In this document: positions 36,052-44,809 of the stretch, piece by piece
Layout: every line of letters starts with the position of its first letter
Numbering within the stretch: the first letter of the stretch is position 1
Virus record (IMG/VR): IMGVR_UViG_2930734477_000003
Location: 5,708-69,707 of that record
Reading direction: 5' to 3' (one strand)
Length of the DNA stretch: 64,000 nucleotides
Source of the DNA: a virus
Taxonomy: Duplodnaviria > Caudoviricetes
The notes under the pieces: generated by a model
Databases searched by the model: none
Seen by the model: only the letters and a program-made list of their open reading frames with translations
Told to the model about the DNA's origin: nothing
Program-made: the position numbers and the translations under genes

Positions 36052-36972
36052 TCATGCCGCGCTGCCGAAGATCCGGGCGTACAGGCGGTCGAGCTTCCTC
36101 TCCTGCTGTCTCGCCCGTCGCTCCTGCTGCCGGCGGTCCTGGCGCATCGGCCGGTCCTCCAGGTGCGCGGCGGCCACGCAGTACGGCATGTCGCAGCGGG
36201 ACGTCACGGTGCCCTCGGGCTCACGCCCGTGCTCGATCCGGAAGGCGATCTTGTACGCGGAGTGCACGGTGTTCGCGAACGAGACGGTCGGGGTGGTGTG
36301 CGATGTCCGCCCCGTCCATCTGATGTGGCCGTCCTCTGCCGGCTCGGCATGCCGGGCGAACGCCTCGTCCACCGATGTCGGGAGCAGGCGTATGCGGCGC
36401 GGCGCCGACGGATCGCGTTGGGCCCGTTTGTCGAGGACTTTGCACCGGCCGCAGTACGCGGTGCCGTCGGCTTTGAACTTCGCGTGCTTGCTCATGCTGT
36501 GGCCGCTGACGCATGTGGCCGGGATGTCGCCGAGTCCTCGCTCGGCGCGCGTCCGCAGCCGATCGCTCTCGCGGGCGGCCGTGTCGTTGACGTGGTCGGG
36601 GGCGACGCAGTGGGGGTAGTCGCAGTCCGCCTTGACGTATCCCCGTGCCGGCCGGCCGTGGTGTTTCTCGAAGGCGATGGCGGCCGGACTGTAGGTGTCT
36701 CCCTTGTAGCGCATCAGCGGGGTGCCGGTGGCCTTCGCGCGCTCGCCCGTCCATTCGAGGTGGCCGCCGTCGACCGGGCGGGTCTTGCTGGCCCACTTCT
36801 CCTCGAGGGTGAGCGGCTGCAAGGGGGTATTGGGGATGCCGAGTTCGCGGCGGATGCGGGCGACGCGGTGCTTGTCGCAGTGAAGGTCGCGTGCGATCCG
36901 CAGGTTGCTGTGGCCCTGCCGGAGTGCCGCGACGATTTCGGCGTGGGTGGCGTTCTGCCGGCCCGGGCTCAT
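36052..36972 (-). CDS. HTH plus two degenerate HNH-like zinc-binding domains
   Basis: HLEWTG...CDYPHCVAPDHV and HIRWTG...CDMPYCVAAAHL. Confidence 0.8.
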   Translation of the reverse strand: MSPGRQNATHAEIVAALRQGHSNLRIARDLHCDKHRVARIRRELGIPNTPLQPLTLEEKWASKTRPVDGGHLEWTGERAKATGTPLMRYKGDTYSPAAIAFEKHHGRPARGYVKADCDYPHCVAPDHVNDTAARESDRLRTRAERGLGDIPATCVSGHSMSKHAKFKADGTAYCGRCKVLDKRAQRDPSAPRRIRLLPTSVDEAFARHAEPAEDGHIRWTGRTSHTTPTVSFANTVHSAYKIAFRIEHGREPEGTVTSRCDMPYCVAAAHLEDRPMRQDRRQQERRARQQERKLDRLYARIFGSAA

Positions 36973-37460
36973 CGGACCTCCGTGCGGGATGCCGGGCCGA
37001 GGAGTCCGGCCTCCCAGGCGACGGCGACGGCCCGGGCCATGCACGGGGCGCCGAGTTTGCGGAGGAGGCGTTCGCGGTGCATGCGGACGGTCTCCGTGCT
37101 GATGCCGAGGTCGGCGGCGGTCGCCCGCGCTCCGAGGCCGCGCACCGTGCACTCCAGGACGTGGGTCAGGCGGTCTGTGAGCGGGGGCAGGGTGCGCTGC
37201 CGGATGACGACCAGGTGGCCGTGCCGGTAGGCGCGGTCGACGAGGGCGGCGTGGTGGGCTCCGGTGATCTGCCACAGGACGGCCATGCGGCGGGTCCGTG
37301 ATTTCACGGACGTCTCGGTGGTGTCCAGGTGGCGGGCGATCGTGGCGGCCGTGTGGCCGCGGGCGAGCCCGGCGAGGATCTGGACGTCGCGCGGGCTCAG
37401 CCTCCCGGTGCCGCTTCCGGCCGGTATGCGGCGGACCGGTCCGCCCGTCAGGGTCGTCAC
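36969..37460 (-). CDS. Tandem LuxR-type HTH regulator
   Basis: LSPRDVQILAGLARG and LTDRLTHVL...LGISTETVRMH. Confidence 0.8.
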   Translation of the reverse strand: MTTLTGGPVRRIPAGSGTGRLSPRDVQILAGLARGHTAATIARHLDTTETSVKSRTRRMAVLWQITGAHHAALVDRAYRHGHLVVIRQRTLPPLTDRLTHVLECTVRGLGARATAADLGISTETVRMHRERLLRKLGAPCMARAVAVAWEAGLLGPASRTEVR

Positions 37461-38089
37461 CGGCGCGGCCCCCGGGGTGCTGCCGGATGCTGCGGGGGCG
37501 CGGGCTTGATGACGTTCGTGAGCTGGGCGACGGCGTTGACGACGTCCCCGGACAGGCTGCGGCTGTCCGTGCGGGGGAAGTAGTGGACGGTCGGGGTGGT
37601 TGCCTCCGGCCGGCCGTCGGTGATGCGGGTGGCGCTGGCCATGTAGCGGCCGCCGTCGGCGTCCACGGCCGTCATGCACCTCTGTTCGGACCGGCCGGGG
37701 ATGCCCTTGAAGCTGGGCACCGACCCGCCGGCGGACTTGCGGAGGGCGGCCTCCCGGGCGGCCGGGTCCGGCGCATCGGAGGAGACCGTCCACGCCTCGT
37801 ACCGGAAGGCGACGGCGAGCAGCGGGCCCAGGGCGCGCGCCACCATCAGGTGGGTGCCGTCCGGGCGGCGCCCCCGGCCGGCCGCCCCGACGGCCAGGTT
37901 GGACACCACGGCCGACGGGCGGTCCAGCTCCCACACGAAGTCCGGGAGCGGAATCCGGCTCAGGAAGACGCAGCCGCCGTCGCCGTGGTGGACGGTGTAC
38001 ACGCCGGGCGGCTCGTCCCATCGGATGCGTGCACGCAGGTGGCCGGTCAGCTCGTCTCGGATCGCGTCGACGGTCGCGGGGCTGATCAC
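37457..38089 (-). CDS. Hypothetical protein
   Basis: 210 aa; coupled. Confidence 0.7.
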   Translation of the reverse strand: MISPATVDAIRDELTGHLRARIRWDEPPGVYTVHHGDGGCVFLSRIPLPDFVWELDRPSAVVSNLAVGAAGRGRRPDGTHLMVARALGPLLAVAFRYEAWTVSSDAPDPAAREAALRKSAGGSVPSFKGIPGRSEQRCMTAVDADGGRYMASATRITDGRPEATTPTVHYFPRTDSRSLSGDVVNAVAQLTNVIKPAPPQHPAAPRGPRR

Positions 38090-38478
38090 GGGGTGCCTCC
38101 CTGGGCGATGCCGTCGGCGACCGCGCGGATCGCGGCGCGGGCGACGGCGGTGTTGTGCGCCGGGGTGTCGGGCGAGCCCGTCTGGCCGCGCAGGACGGCG
38201 AGGGCCTGTCGCATCGGCTCGTCGAGGTGGAGCACGACGGTGTCGCCCTGGCGCACCGGCTCCGGCGCGGGCGGCGCGGACTCCTGCACCGCGGCGGCGG
38301 CTTCGGCGGCGCGCTGGCGCTGCGCCGTCTCGATCTCGTCGATGTCGCGGATGATGGTGTCCTTGCCGACCCCGAGCCGGGCGGCGATTTTCCTGGAGCT
38401 GATGCCTGGCTCCTGGCGGCGCAGCTCCTGGACCATGGCGCGCCGGGCGGCGATGGTGAGTGGCGCGGGCATGTTCAC
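38086..38478 (-). CDS. HTH DNA-binding protein
   Basis: ISSRKIAARLGVGKDTIIRDI. Confidence 0.75.
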   Translation of the reverse strand: MNMPAPLTIAARRAMVQELRRQEPGISSRKIAARLGVGKDTIIRDIDEIETAQRQRAAEAAAAVQESAPPAPEPVRQGDTVVLHLDEPMRQALAVLRGQTGSPDTPAHNTAVARAAIRAVADGIAQGGTP

Positions 38479-39545
38479 TGTCTGGTCCCTTCGGGGCTGG
38501 TGGCGTGCGACGTGTCGTACGCCGTCGCGTCGGGGTGCGGTGTCGGGGAGACTGTGGCGTGCGCCGTCGTGTCCGGGCCGCAGGTGCAGTCGGGGCCGAT
38601 TCCGCCGGCGTACGAGCAGAGGGGGTCGTGTCCGCCGTTGGGTGGCCAGCGGTCGGGGGTCTGCTGGCCGGGGTCGACGGCGGCGGCCTGGTCGGCGAGG
38701 GCGAGGTCTTGGCCGGCGCGCTGCATGGCGGCGTTGACGCAGCCGGGTGAGCAGTACCAGCGCGGGCCGTCGTCCAGGCCGCCGACGGTGAGGCGGAACC
38801 AGCCGAACATGTCGGCTTCGTCGAGGTCGTGATCGCTGCCGCAGGCCGCGTCGTGCGGGCACGGCGCGTCGGCGTCGCGGGTGGTCTCGGCGTCGGCGGC
38901 GCGCTGCTGGGCGCGCTCGGCCAGGGCGGCGAAGGTGTTGCGCAGTTCCCGGACCCGGCTGGCGAGGGTGACGACGCGCACCACGACAGGCGTCTCGCCC
39001 TCGTCCTCGGCCACGTTGGTCACCTCGAACGTGGTGTAGCCGTCCTCCGGGGTCACCGTCAGCTTGTCGCCCGTGTGGTCGGTGAATGCTGCCGTGCGCC
39101 GGTCGCGGAGCGCCTGGTCGAGGTCGGCGGCCTGGCCGGGCGTCAGCCACACCGTGGCCACGGCGCCTCCGGCAGCAAGGTTTTCCGCCTCGACCCATAC
39201 GTACGGGCGCAGCAGGCCGTCGAGAACGGTGTCCAGTGTCAGCCGGTGGTTGTGGGCGTCGGTGTAGGTGTACGGGTGCAGTCGGTCGGCCAGCTCGTCG
39301 CGGAGCCGGTCGATCTCGGTCTCGGCGTCGAGCAGTCGGCGAAGAACCGGCGCGGCCCGCTCCCCCATCCATGAGGAGAGGTTGTGGCAGAACAGGTCTT
39401 CCCACGTGGGGTGTTCGTGATCCCGCCTGTCTCGGATCGACTGGCCGAAGGACATCAGCAGTCCGCTGGTGGCGGGCTTTGCGTCACCGAGCTGGTCGGT
39501 GAGCAGCGCGCGCTGCCCGGGCGTCAGCTCCTCGCGGGCGCTCAC
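38475..39545 (-). CDS. Multi-domain hypothetical protein
   Basis: 356 aa; C-terminal CPHDAAC...WYCSPGC. Confidence 0.7.
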   Translation of the reverse strand: MSAREELTPGQRALLTDQLGDAKPATSGLLMSFGQSIRDRRDHEHPTWEDLFCHNLSSWMGERAAPVLRRLLDAETEIDRLRDELADRLHPYTYTDAHNHRLTLDTVLDGLLRPYVWVEAENLAAGGAVATVWLTPGQAADLDQALRDRRTAAFTDHTGDKLTVTPEDGYTTFEVTNVAEDEGETPVVVRVVTLASRVRELRNTFAALAERAQQRAADAETTRDADAPCPHDAACGSDHDLDEADMFGWFRLTVGGLDDGPRWYCSPGCVNAAMQRAGQDLALADQAAAVDPGQQTPDRWPPNGGHDPLCSYAGGIGPDCTCGPDTTAHATVSPTPHPDATAYDTSHATSPEGTRQ

Positions 39546-40165
39546 GACCGCTCACCACCTTCCGCGGCGATGGCCGGGAGCACGGTCGTACGGAACCAAG
39601 CGGATGCCTCGAAGCCTCCCGACGCGAGGTCGATGAGCCTGGAGTAGCCGGTGTGGATCTCGCCGGTGAACTCGTTCATCCACTCCCAGCGCACCCCCCG
39701 CCCGTCGAGCCACTGGCCCAGCTTCGCGACCAGTTCGGCATGCAGGTCACCGCAGCCGTAGCCGCGCTCGTCGCGGTAGCCGTAGCCGGTGTCGAACGAG
39801 ACGGTCAGCCAGCAGGCTCGGCTGAACGGATGGACGCCGTCGCACGGGCCTGCCTCTGCGTCGTACCAGTCGCGTTCGGGGAGGTTGCAGATGTCCTCGT
39901 CGTGCTCGGCCGCCTGCTCCGGTGTGCGCAGTGGCGCATCGGGCCGGTAGCTGATGGCGAGGATCGCGGGGAGGCCCTGGCCCAGCCGGTTGGCCACAGT
40001 CCACGGGCTTCCGGGGCGGACGGCCCACTCGCCGTCGGCGTAGGTGCTGTCCTGCCTGTCGAACCAGACGTGACGGTCCGTGGCGCCGAGCAGTTCACGG
40101 CAGAAGCGGAACGTCTCGTGCGGATCGACCTTGTCGAGGACGTAGACCCGTGTGTTGAGCGTCAT
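39542..40165 (-). CDS. Hypothetical protein
   Basis: VSFDTGYGY...WMNEFTGEIH. Confidence 0.75.
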   Translation of the reverse strand: MTLNTRVYVLDKVDPHETFRFCRELLGATDRHVWFDRQDSTYADGEWAVRPGSPWTVANRLGQGLPAILAISYRPDAPLRTPEQAAEHDEDICNLPERDWYDAEAGPCDGVHPFSRACWLTVSFDTGYGYRDERGYGCGDLHAELVAKLGQWLDGRGVRWEWMNEFTGEIHTGYSRLIDLASGGFEASAWFRTTVLPAIAAEGGERS

Positions 40166-40521
40166 GCCGCACCGCCTTCGGCGACGGTGACCAGGAGGTC
40201 GATGGCCTGCTTGGCGGACATCAGGCCCCTGCGGTGGATGACGGCCGACTGGATCCGCGCGGCCTCGGCGGTGTGGCCGTGTTCGGCGAGGAGCGTGGCG
40301 GCCTGCTTGCCGGACCGGATCGTGCGCGCGGCGACGGCGTCGGCGACGATCTGGGCGGCCGGGACGGCGGCGATGCGGGCGGTCTCCCAGGCGGCGGTGC
40401 GGGCCTGGTGGAAGCCGTGTCGGGTGCGGGTGCCGCCGTGGCTCAGGCAGGGTTCACCGGCGGTCGCGGCGCAGCCGGCCGGGGGCGGCGGGCAGTCCAC
40501 GCGGCGTGGGGTGTTCTCCAT
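40162..40521 (-). CDS. Zinc-finger hypothetical protein
   Basis: CP...CAATAGEPC...FHQAR. Confidence 0.7.
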   Translation of the reverse strand: MENTPRRVDCPPPPAGCAATAGEPCLSHGGTRTRHGFHQARTAAWETARIAAVPAAQIVADAVAARTIRSGKQAATLLAEHGHTAEAARIQSAVIHRRGLMSAKQAIDLLVTVAEGGAA

Positions 40522-40526
40522 GGTGG

Positions 40527-40901
40527 TCAGTCCTCGAACTCGGGGAGGCCGCGGGTGTCCAGGCCCATCGGCGAGCTGGCGGAGTGCATGCGGTCCACGG
40601 CCGCGCTCAGGTCGGCCGCCAGGACTACGGCGCGGGCGGCGGCCTTGCGCAGCTCGTCGACGGCGGCCGCAGGGTCGCCGCCGCCGTCGACGGTGACGCG
40701 CCTCTGGTCGTGCGTGCCCTGGACGGGGAGCAGGGTCTGCTCGATGGCCTGCGGCAGCATTCGCACCAGGTAGGCGAGCGACCCGATCGCGGCGTAGGCG
40801 TGCGGCGGGAATCGCCAGTCGTCGCCGCTGGTGATGGTCTCGTGGTTGAACTCGCGGATGAGGTCGCCTGCCTGGGAGACGATCCGGCCGGGTGCCTTCA
40901 T
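40527..40901 (-). CDS. Hypothetical protein
   Basis: IREFNHET; coupled. Confidence 0.7.
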   Translation of the reverse strand: MKAPGRIVSQAGDLIREFNHETITSGDDWRFPPHAYAAIGSLAYLVRMLPQAIEQTLLPVQGTHDQRRVTVDGGGDPAAAVDELRKAAARAVVLAADLSAAVDRMHSASSPMGLDTRGLPEFED

Positions 40902-41110
40902 GAGGTGGCCTCCTGGGCATCTCGGCTGCGGTCGTTGGCGAAGGCGCTGGAGGACTCGCGGAGGATCCGAAGCAGGTCCTTGGTCGACTGGAATGCCTCG
41001 GGGGTGTCGACCCCGGCGAGGTCGTCGAGGAGGTCCTCGATCTCGTTTTCGTCGATCTCGATGTGGATGCGGCGTTCGCCGTGGCGGTGGTTGGTGTAGA
41101 TGCGGTCCAT
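40898..41110 (-). CDS. Small acidic hypothetical protein
   Basis: GAGGAGG RBS. Confidence 0.65.
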   Translation of the reverse strand: MDRIYTNHRHGERRIHIEIDENEIEDLLDDLAGVDTPEAFQSTKDLLRILRESSSAFANDRSRDAQEATS

Positions 41111-41125
41111 GACGGCCTCCTCGGG

Positions 41126-41551
41126 TCAGAGGCCGGCGATCTCGCGCAGGCGGGCGAGGGCGCGCGGCTCGGTGTCGTACCAGAACGTCTGCGTCTCGCT
41201 GAGGCCGAGAGCGTCGCGGGCGACGTCGGGGATGGCCCGGCGCTCGCCGTCCTTCTCCGCGTAGAGGGTCATGTACCGGGCGTACTGCCTGCCGTCGTCG
41301 TAGGTGCGGGTGACCTGCGCACCGGCGCCGTCCCAGACGATGGTCCAGCCGGTGACGTGCGCGGCCCATCCGGCGGCGCAGAGCGTGGTGCCGCAGACCG
41401 GCGTCTGGGCCGGGGTCAGCCGGTTGCTGACCATGAGGCCGGCCCAGATGTCCATGCAGAAGGCGTCGGGCTGGCTGTCGATCCCGTCGAGGACGGCGGC
41501 CGCCACGGCGGCGGGGGTGTCGGGGTACTGCTTGACCGGGGTGTCGGCCAT
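41126..41551 (-). CDS. Hypothetical protein (CGTTLCAAGW motif)
   Basis: GGAG RBS; true start lies downstream of the tRNA. Confidence 0.75.
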   Translation of the reverse strand: MADTPVKQYPDTPAAVAAAVLDGIDSQPDAFCMDIWAGLMVSNRLTPAQTPVCGTTLCAAGWAAHVTGWTIVWDGAGAQVTRTYDDGRQYARYMTLYAEKDGERRAIPDVARDALGLSETQTFWYDTEPRALARLREIAGL

Positions 41552-41618
41552 CGCAACTCCATTGCTGAGAGGCGTTGTTCGGAAGGCCACGCTGTTGTGG
41601 TGGCGGGAAGCTGTGCGG

Positions 41619-41692
41619 TACGCCCGGCGAGGTTCGAACTCGCACTTGGCCGCTTTTAAGGCGGTGCCTCTGACCAGTTGGGCTACGGGCAT
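41619..41692 (-). tRNA. tRNA-Leu (anticodon UAA, reads UUA), atypical: short variable loop, 4-bp anticodon stem, no encoded CCA
   Basis: ATGCCCG-TA-GCC-CAACTGGTCAGA-GGC-A-CCGC-CTTAAAA-GCGG-CCAAGT-GCGAG-TTCGAAC-CTCGC-CGGGCGT-A folds as a cloverleaf. Confidence 0.85.
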
Positions 41693-41697
41693 GTGGT

Positions 41698-41742
41698 GGA
41701 CCGCGCCCCGCCCGGGACGGGGAGGAGCGCGGGGCGCGGTCC
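41698..41742. other. Perfect 14-bp inverted repeat just 5' of the tRNA
   Basis: GGACCGCGCCCCGC / GCGGGGCGCGGTCC. Confidence 0.6.
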
Positions 41743-41788
41743 GGGGTGGCGGCCGGGAGGGGGGATGTCCCGGCCGCCGGTCTGTGGG

Positions 41789-42043
41789 TCAGGTGAAGCA
41801 GGTGAAGTCGAAGGTGACGTCGTGGCCGTTGCGGTCGGTGACGGAGATGTCCCAGACCTCGCCGCGTTCGCCGAGCCGGTTGACGAGGCGGCCGATGGTC
41901 TGGATGCCGCGTGCGGGGAGGGTGCGCGTGTGGGTGCCGTGCTCGCTGGTGTAGCTGAGTGTGTAGATCTTCACGAACCGGCCGGTGCGGGGGTCGCGGC
42001 GGAGGATTCCGTGGTGGTGGGCGGGTTGGGTTCTGGTGGCCAC
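41789..42043 (-). CDS. Small hypothetical protein
   Basis: AGGAGG RBS, GTG start; RRDPRTGRF. Confidence 0.65.
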   Translation of the reverse strand: MATRTQPAHHHGILRRDPRTGRFVKIYTLSYTSEHGTHTRTLPARGIQTIGRLVNRLGERGEVWDISVTDRNGHDVTFDFTCFT

Positions 42044-42089
42044 GGCGCCTCCTGGTGGCTGGTTCGGATGGGGGCTGTACGCCGCCCTC

Positions 42090-42154
42090 ATGTCAAACAG
42101 AGTACAAGTATGTACGACACCGCACAATGCTTTGGGTCGTACTTTCTTTGACAT
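42090..42154 (-). promoter_or_regulatory. Promoter TTGTGC-17-TACTCT within nested inverted repeats
   Basis: AT-rich island; ATGTCAAA/TTTGACAT and GTACGAC/GTCGTAC. Confidence 0.55.
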
Positions 42155-42187
42155 CCCCCACGGCGGCCCTGCCGGGTCGGCCGCCGG

Positions 42188-42766
42188 TCACCCGGGCCCT
42201 TCCGCGGCGTTCCTCGTCAGGAGGTACAGGCGGCTGCCGGAATACCGGGCCGGGCGGCCCGTCTCCTCGTCCTCGCAGCCCGGGTTGACGCACCAGGCGC
42301 GCGGCCGGTCGTCGTCCGGCCGGCAGTGGATCGTCCTCTGGCCGCACACCAGGCAGACGACGCCGCGCATCTCCCGCGACGGCGCCTGGAGCCCGAGCAC
42401 GGTACGCACCGTGGAGTGCCAGGTGCCGACGGTGGACGCCACCTCACGGACCCGGCCGGTCGCCTCCGCCCCCGCGGGGAGCGCCTTCAGCGCGCGGTCC
42501 CAGCGCTGCATGTGGCTGGAGGCCCGCAACTGCATGTCGAGGATGCGGGCCTGGGCCTTGATCGATGTGGACCAGTGGATGGGGTCGAGCGAGGCCGGGG
42601 GCCGGGAGCCGGGCGTGGCCCCGCCCCCGGCCTGGCGGGGCTGCGCGGTGCGGATCGCGAGCCGGTCGAGGCGTTCCATGAGGCCGGGGCCGCGGTCCCC
42701 GGGGTGGTCCTCGTCGCCGGTCCAGCGGTCCACGAGGTCGGCGACGAGGGCGTCAAGCGTCTGCAT
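42188..42766 (-). CDS. Zinc-ribbon protein, possible late-gene regulator
   Basis: PGSRPPASLD...CLVC...WCVNPGC. Confidence 0.7.
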   Translation of the reverse strand: MQTLDALVADLVDRWTGDEDHPGDRGPGLMERLDRLAIRTAQPRQAGGGATPGSRPPASLDPIHWSTSIKAQARILDMQLRASSHMQRWDRALKALPAGAEATGRVREVASTVGTWHSTVRTVLGLQAPSREMRGVVCLVCGQRTIHCRPDDDRPRAWCVNPGCEDEETGRPARYSGSRLYLLTRNAAEGPG

Positions 42767-43736
42767 CGGCGCTCCCGGCAGGCGCGACGTTCGGGTCGTC
42801 GATCTGGGCAGATCGCCATGCCGTCGGCGGCGGCCAGCCCTTCTTGCGTGCCATGGTGCGTGCGATCCTCGCGCCCTTGGATTCAGGCGCTGGGATGTTC
42901 TGCAATTCGGCGTAGAGGAGGGTCATGGCCTCCGCCGTCGCCCGGACCACGCCAGAGCCTTGGCGCCCGCGCTTCATGATGTTCGCGGCCCACCAAGGTG
43001 AAAGCCCCAGACGGCGGACGATCTCACTCACGGGATATCCGATCGCGGCAAGCGCTTGGATGCGCCGCACAGTTCCGGTCGAATCGATGACCTCGTGTGT
43101 TCCGTCGAAGTCGCGGCGTCGCCGGGAGCGCTCCTTCTCGCATGCCCGGCATGTGCGAGAGCCATCCTCATTGACTCGCGTGTTCTGCGGCGTCCATGCA
43201 TGACCGTGCTTGCAGGTCTCTTTGGCCCGCCGTGTTTCGCTGGCCTTGGCTGCGTTCGCCAGTCGCTCTTCGTCCGTCAGTTTCTTGTTCACGCCGACGA
43301 TCGTGTTGCGGTTCTTTTCGCGGCCAGCCGACGTCCATCTCTGGGGGCGGCGGCCATTTCGCGACCTAGACGGTTTCTCATGCAGCTTGTTGCGCATGGC
43401 GTTGTCACGGGCTCGGCTGGAATGTTCGGGCGCACAGATAGTGTCCTGGGTGGTCAGCCCGGCCATTTCGCGCAGCTCCCACTTATCAATGCCATGGATC
43501 TTGTTCGTGTGCACAGCGACGACCTTGTACGGACCTCGTCCGCAGATCGGGCACAGCTGCGCTTTGATGGCCGCCTGCACGGCTTCTGGCTCGTATGACA
43601 CGGCGCGCTCTGTCTGGCCCGCCGGCGTCTTTCCGTTCATGGCCGCCGCACGCAGCGCCTCGGCGGTGGCGCCGCGAAAGCCTTTGACCTTGAAGCGATT
43701 CGGGTCGCCGAGCCGCTTCGGCTTAGGAGTTGGCAT
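42753..43736 (-). CDS. Multi-module DNA-binding protein (MucR-like Zn finger, CxxGH Zn motif, C-terminal HTH)
   Basis: CPICG...HTNKIHG; CKHGH...CRAC; GTVRRIQALAAIGY; lower GC. Confidence 0.75.
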   Translation of the reverse strand: MPTPKPKRLGDPNRFKVKGFRGATAEALRAAAMNGKTPAGQTERAVSYEPEAVQAAIKAQLCPICGRGPYKVVAVHTNKIHGIDKWELREMAGLTTQDTICAPEHSSRARDNAMRNKLHEKPSRSRNGRRPQRWTSAGREKNRNTIVGVNKKLTDEERLANAAKASETRRAKETCKHGHAWTPQNTRVNEDGSRTCRACEKERSRRRRDFDGTHEVIDSTGTVRRIQALAAIGYPVSEIVRRLGLSPWWAANIMKRGRQGSGVVRATAEAMTLLYAELQNIPAPESKGARIARTMARKKGWPPPTAWRSAQIDDPNVAPAGSADADA

Positions 43737-43995
43737 CGGTCGTCTCCGCGCAGTCCATGGCGAAGGTGGCGCCTCCCCGCTTGGGGTTCTTGGGCCGCTC
43801 GGCCTCGAAGGAGATGACCAGCTCGGTGTCGTCGCCGTGTACGTGGACGTCTCCTGCGCGTACACCCTTGGAGGCGAGGGTGCCGCGTTCGAGGTCGGCG
43901 ACGCGTACGGCCTTCTCGACTTCGGTGTGGTGGGCGGGCTGTTTCAATACCCATTCGTGGCGGTCGATCGTGATGACGCGCTTCTCAGCGTCCAT
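43723..43995 (-). CDS. Hypothetical protein
   Basis: AAGGAG RBS; 90 aa. Confidence 0.65.
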   Translation of the reverse strand: MDAEKRVITIDRHEWVLKQPAHHTEVEKAVRVADLERGTLASKGVRAGDVHVHGDDTELVISFEAERPKNPKRGGATFAMDCAETTDANS

Positions 43996-44809
43996 CGGGG
44001 TTCTCCTTGCGGTAGTTCTCGCGGGCGCCCTGAACGCCTGTCAGCCTGGGAAGTTGCGGGATGGTGGTGGCGAGCCATGAGCCGGGCTCCGTGGTGAACG
44101 GCAAGGGTGCGAAGGTCTCCCACCAGGAGCGCAGCGCGGTGGACCGCACGGCCTCCTTCGTCCGCCGGTCGACGTACTCGACGGGCCGCTCCCCGGTGCG
44201 GCGTACGGTGACCCGGCCGCGCTTACAGCCCTCGGGGTAGTCGTTCCAGTTCACCCCGACCTCGGACCACAGCAGCTCCTGCATGCCGCCCGTCGAGACG
44301 CCGTGCAGGCGCCGATGCGAGAAGTAGGCCTGAGCAGCCATGGAGATGCTGTTGCGTACGGCGTCGCGCTGACGCCAGATCAGGTAGTTCGCGACTTCCA
44401 CGGGGTCGGAAAGCGTAAACAGGCGCGAGTCGAACAGCGCCCGACGGCCCGGCCGGCGCTCGTTGAGTACGGCGGTGGCCAGGGCTGCGCTGATGCTGAG
44501 CTGCTTGGCGGCCACCCCGCCGAACCAGGGCTCGGTCTGCTCGCCGGCGAAGTCGCAGGCGAGGACGCTGATCTCGTCGGACTGGGTGTAGGCCAGCACG
44601 GCTCCGGTGATCTCCTGGCAGAGGGCCTCGGCGACGGCGTCCATGTCGGCCATGAACGTCTCGTCGAAGGGCTTCTCGGCGCCGCGCAGGTAGGAGTGGA
44701 ACGCGCGGCCGTCCACACGGAGCACCGTGTAGGTGCGGCGTGGCAGGAGCAGCCGGTAGGGGGCTTCGTGGCGCTTCATGCGGTCGCCGATGGCATCGCG
44801 GTTGCTCAT
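43985..44809 (-). CDS. Thg1-like 3'-5' nucleotidyltransferase (tRNA-His guanylyltransferase family)
   Basis: GDRMKRHE, LRVDGRAFH, YTQSDEIS, FDSR and WRQRDAVRNSI motifs. Confidence 0.92.
   Translation of the reverse strand: MSNRDAIGDRMKRHEAPYRLLLPRRTYTVLRVDGRAFHSYLRGAEKPFDETFMADMDAVAEALCQEITGAVLAYTQSDEISVLACDFAGEQTEPWFGGVAAKQLSISAALATAVLNERRPGRRALFDSRLFTLSDPVEVANYLIWRQRDAVRNSISMAAQAYFSHRRLHGVSTGGMQELLWSEVGVNWNDYPEGCKRGRVTVRRTGERPVEYVDRRTKEAVRSTALRSWWETFAPLPFTTEPGSWLATTIPQLPRLTGVQGARENYRKENPDGR

Noticed and set aside
41552-41692. N-terminal extension of ORF 41126..41692
   Set aside because: Overlaps the tRNA cloverleaf; a better start with GGAG RBS lies at 41551
41619-41692. tRNA as an attachment-site remnant marking a prophage end
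   Set aside because: Full-length, internal, flanked by phage genes on both sides, with no integrase or duplicated 3' fragment seen
42411-42423. Third copy of the CCTGGCACT loop motif
   Set aside because: Inside a CDS and lacks the closing GGC stem; likely chance
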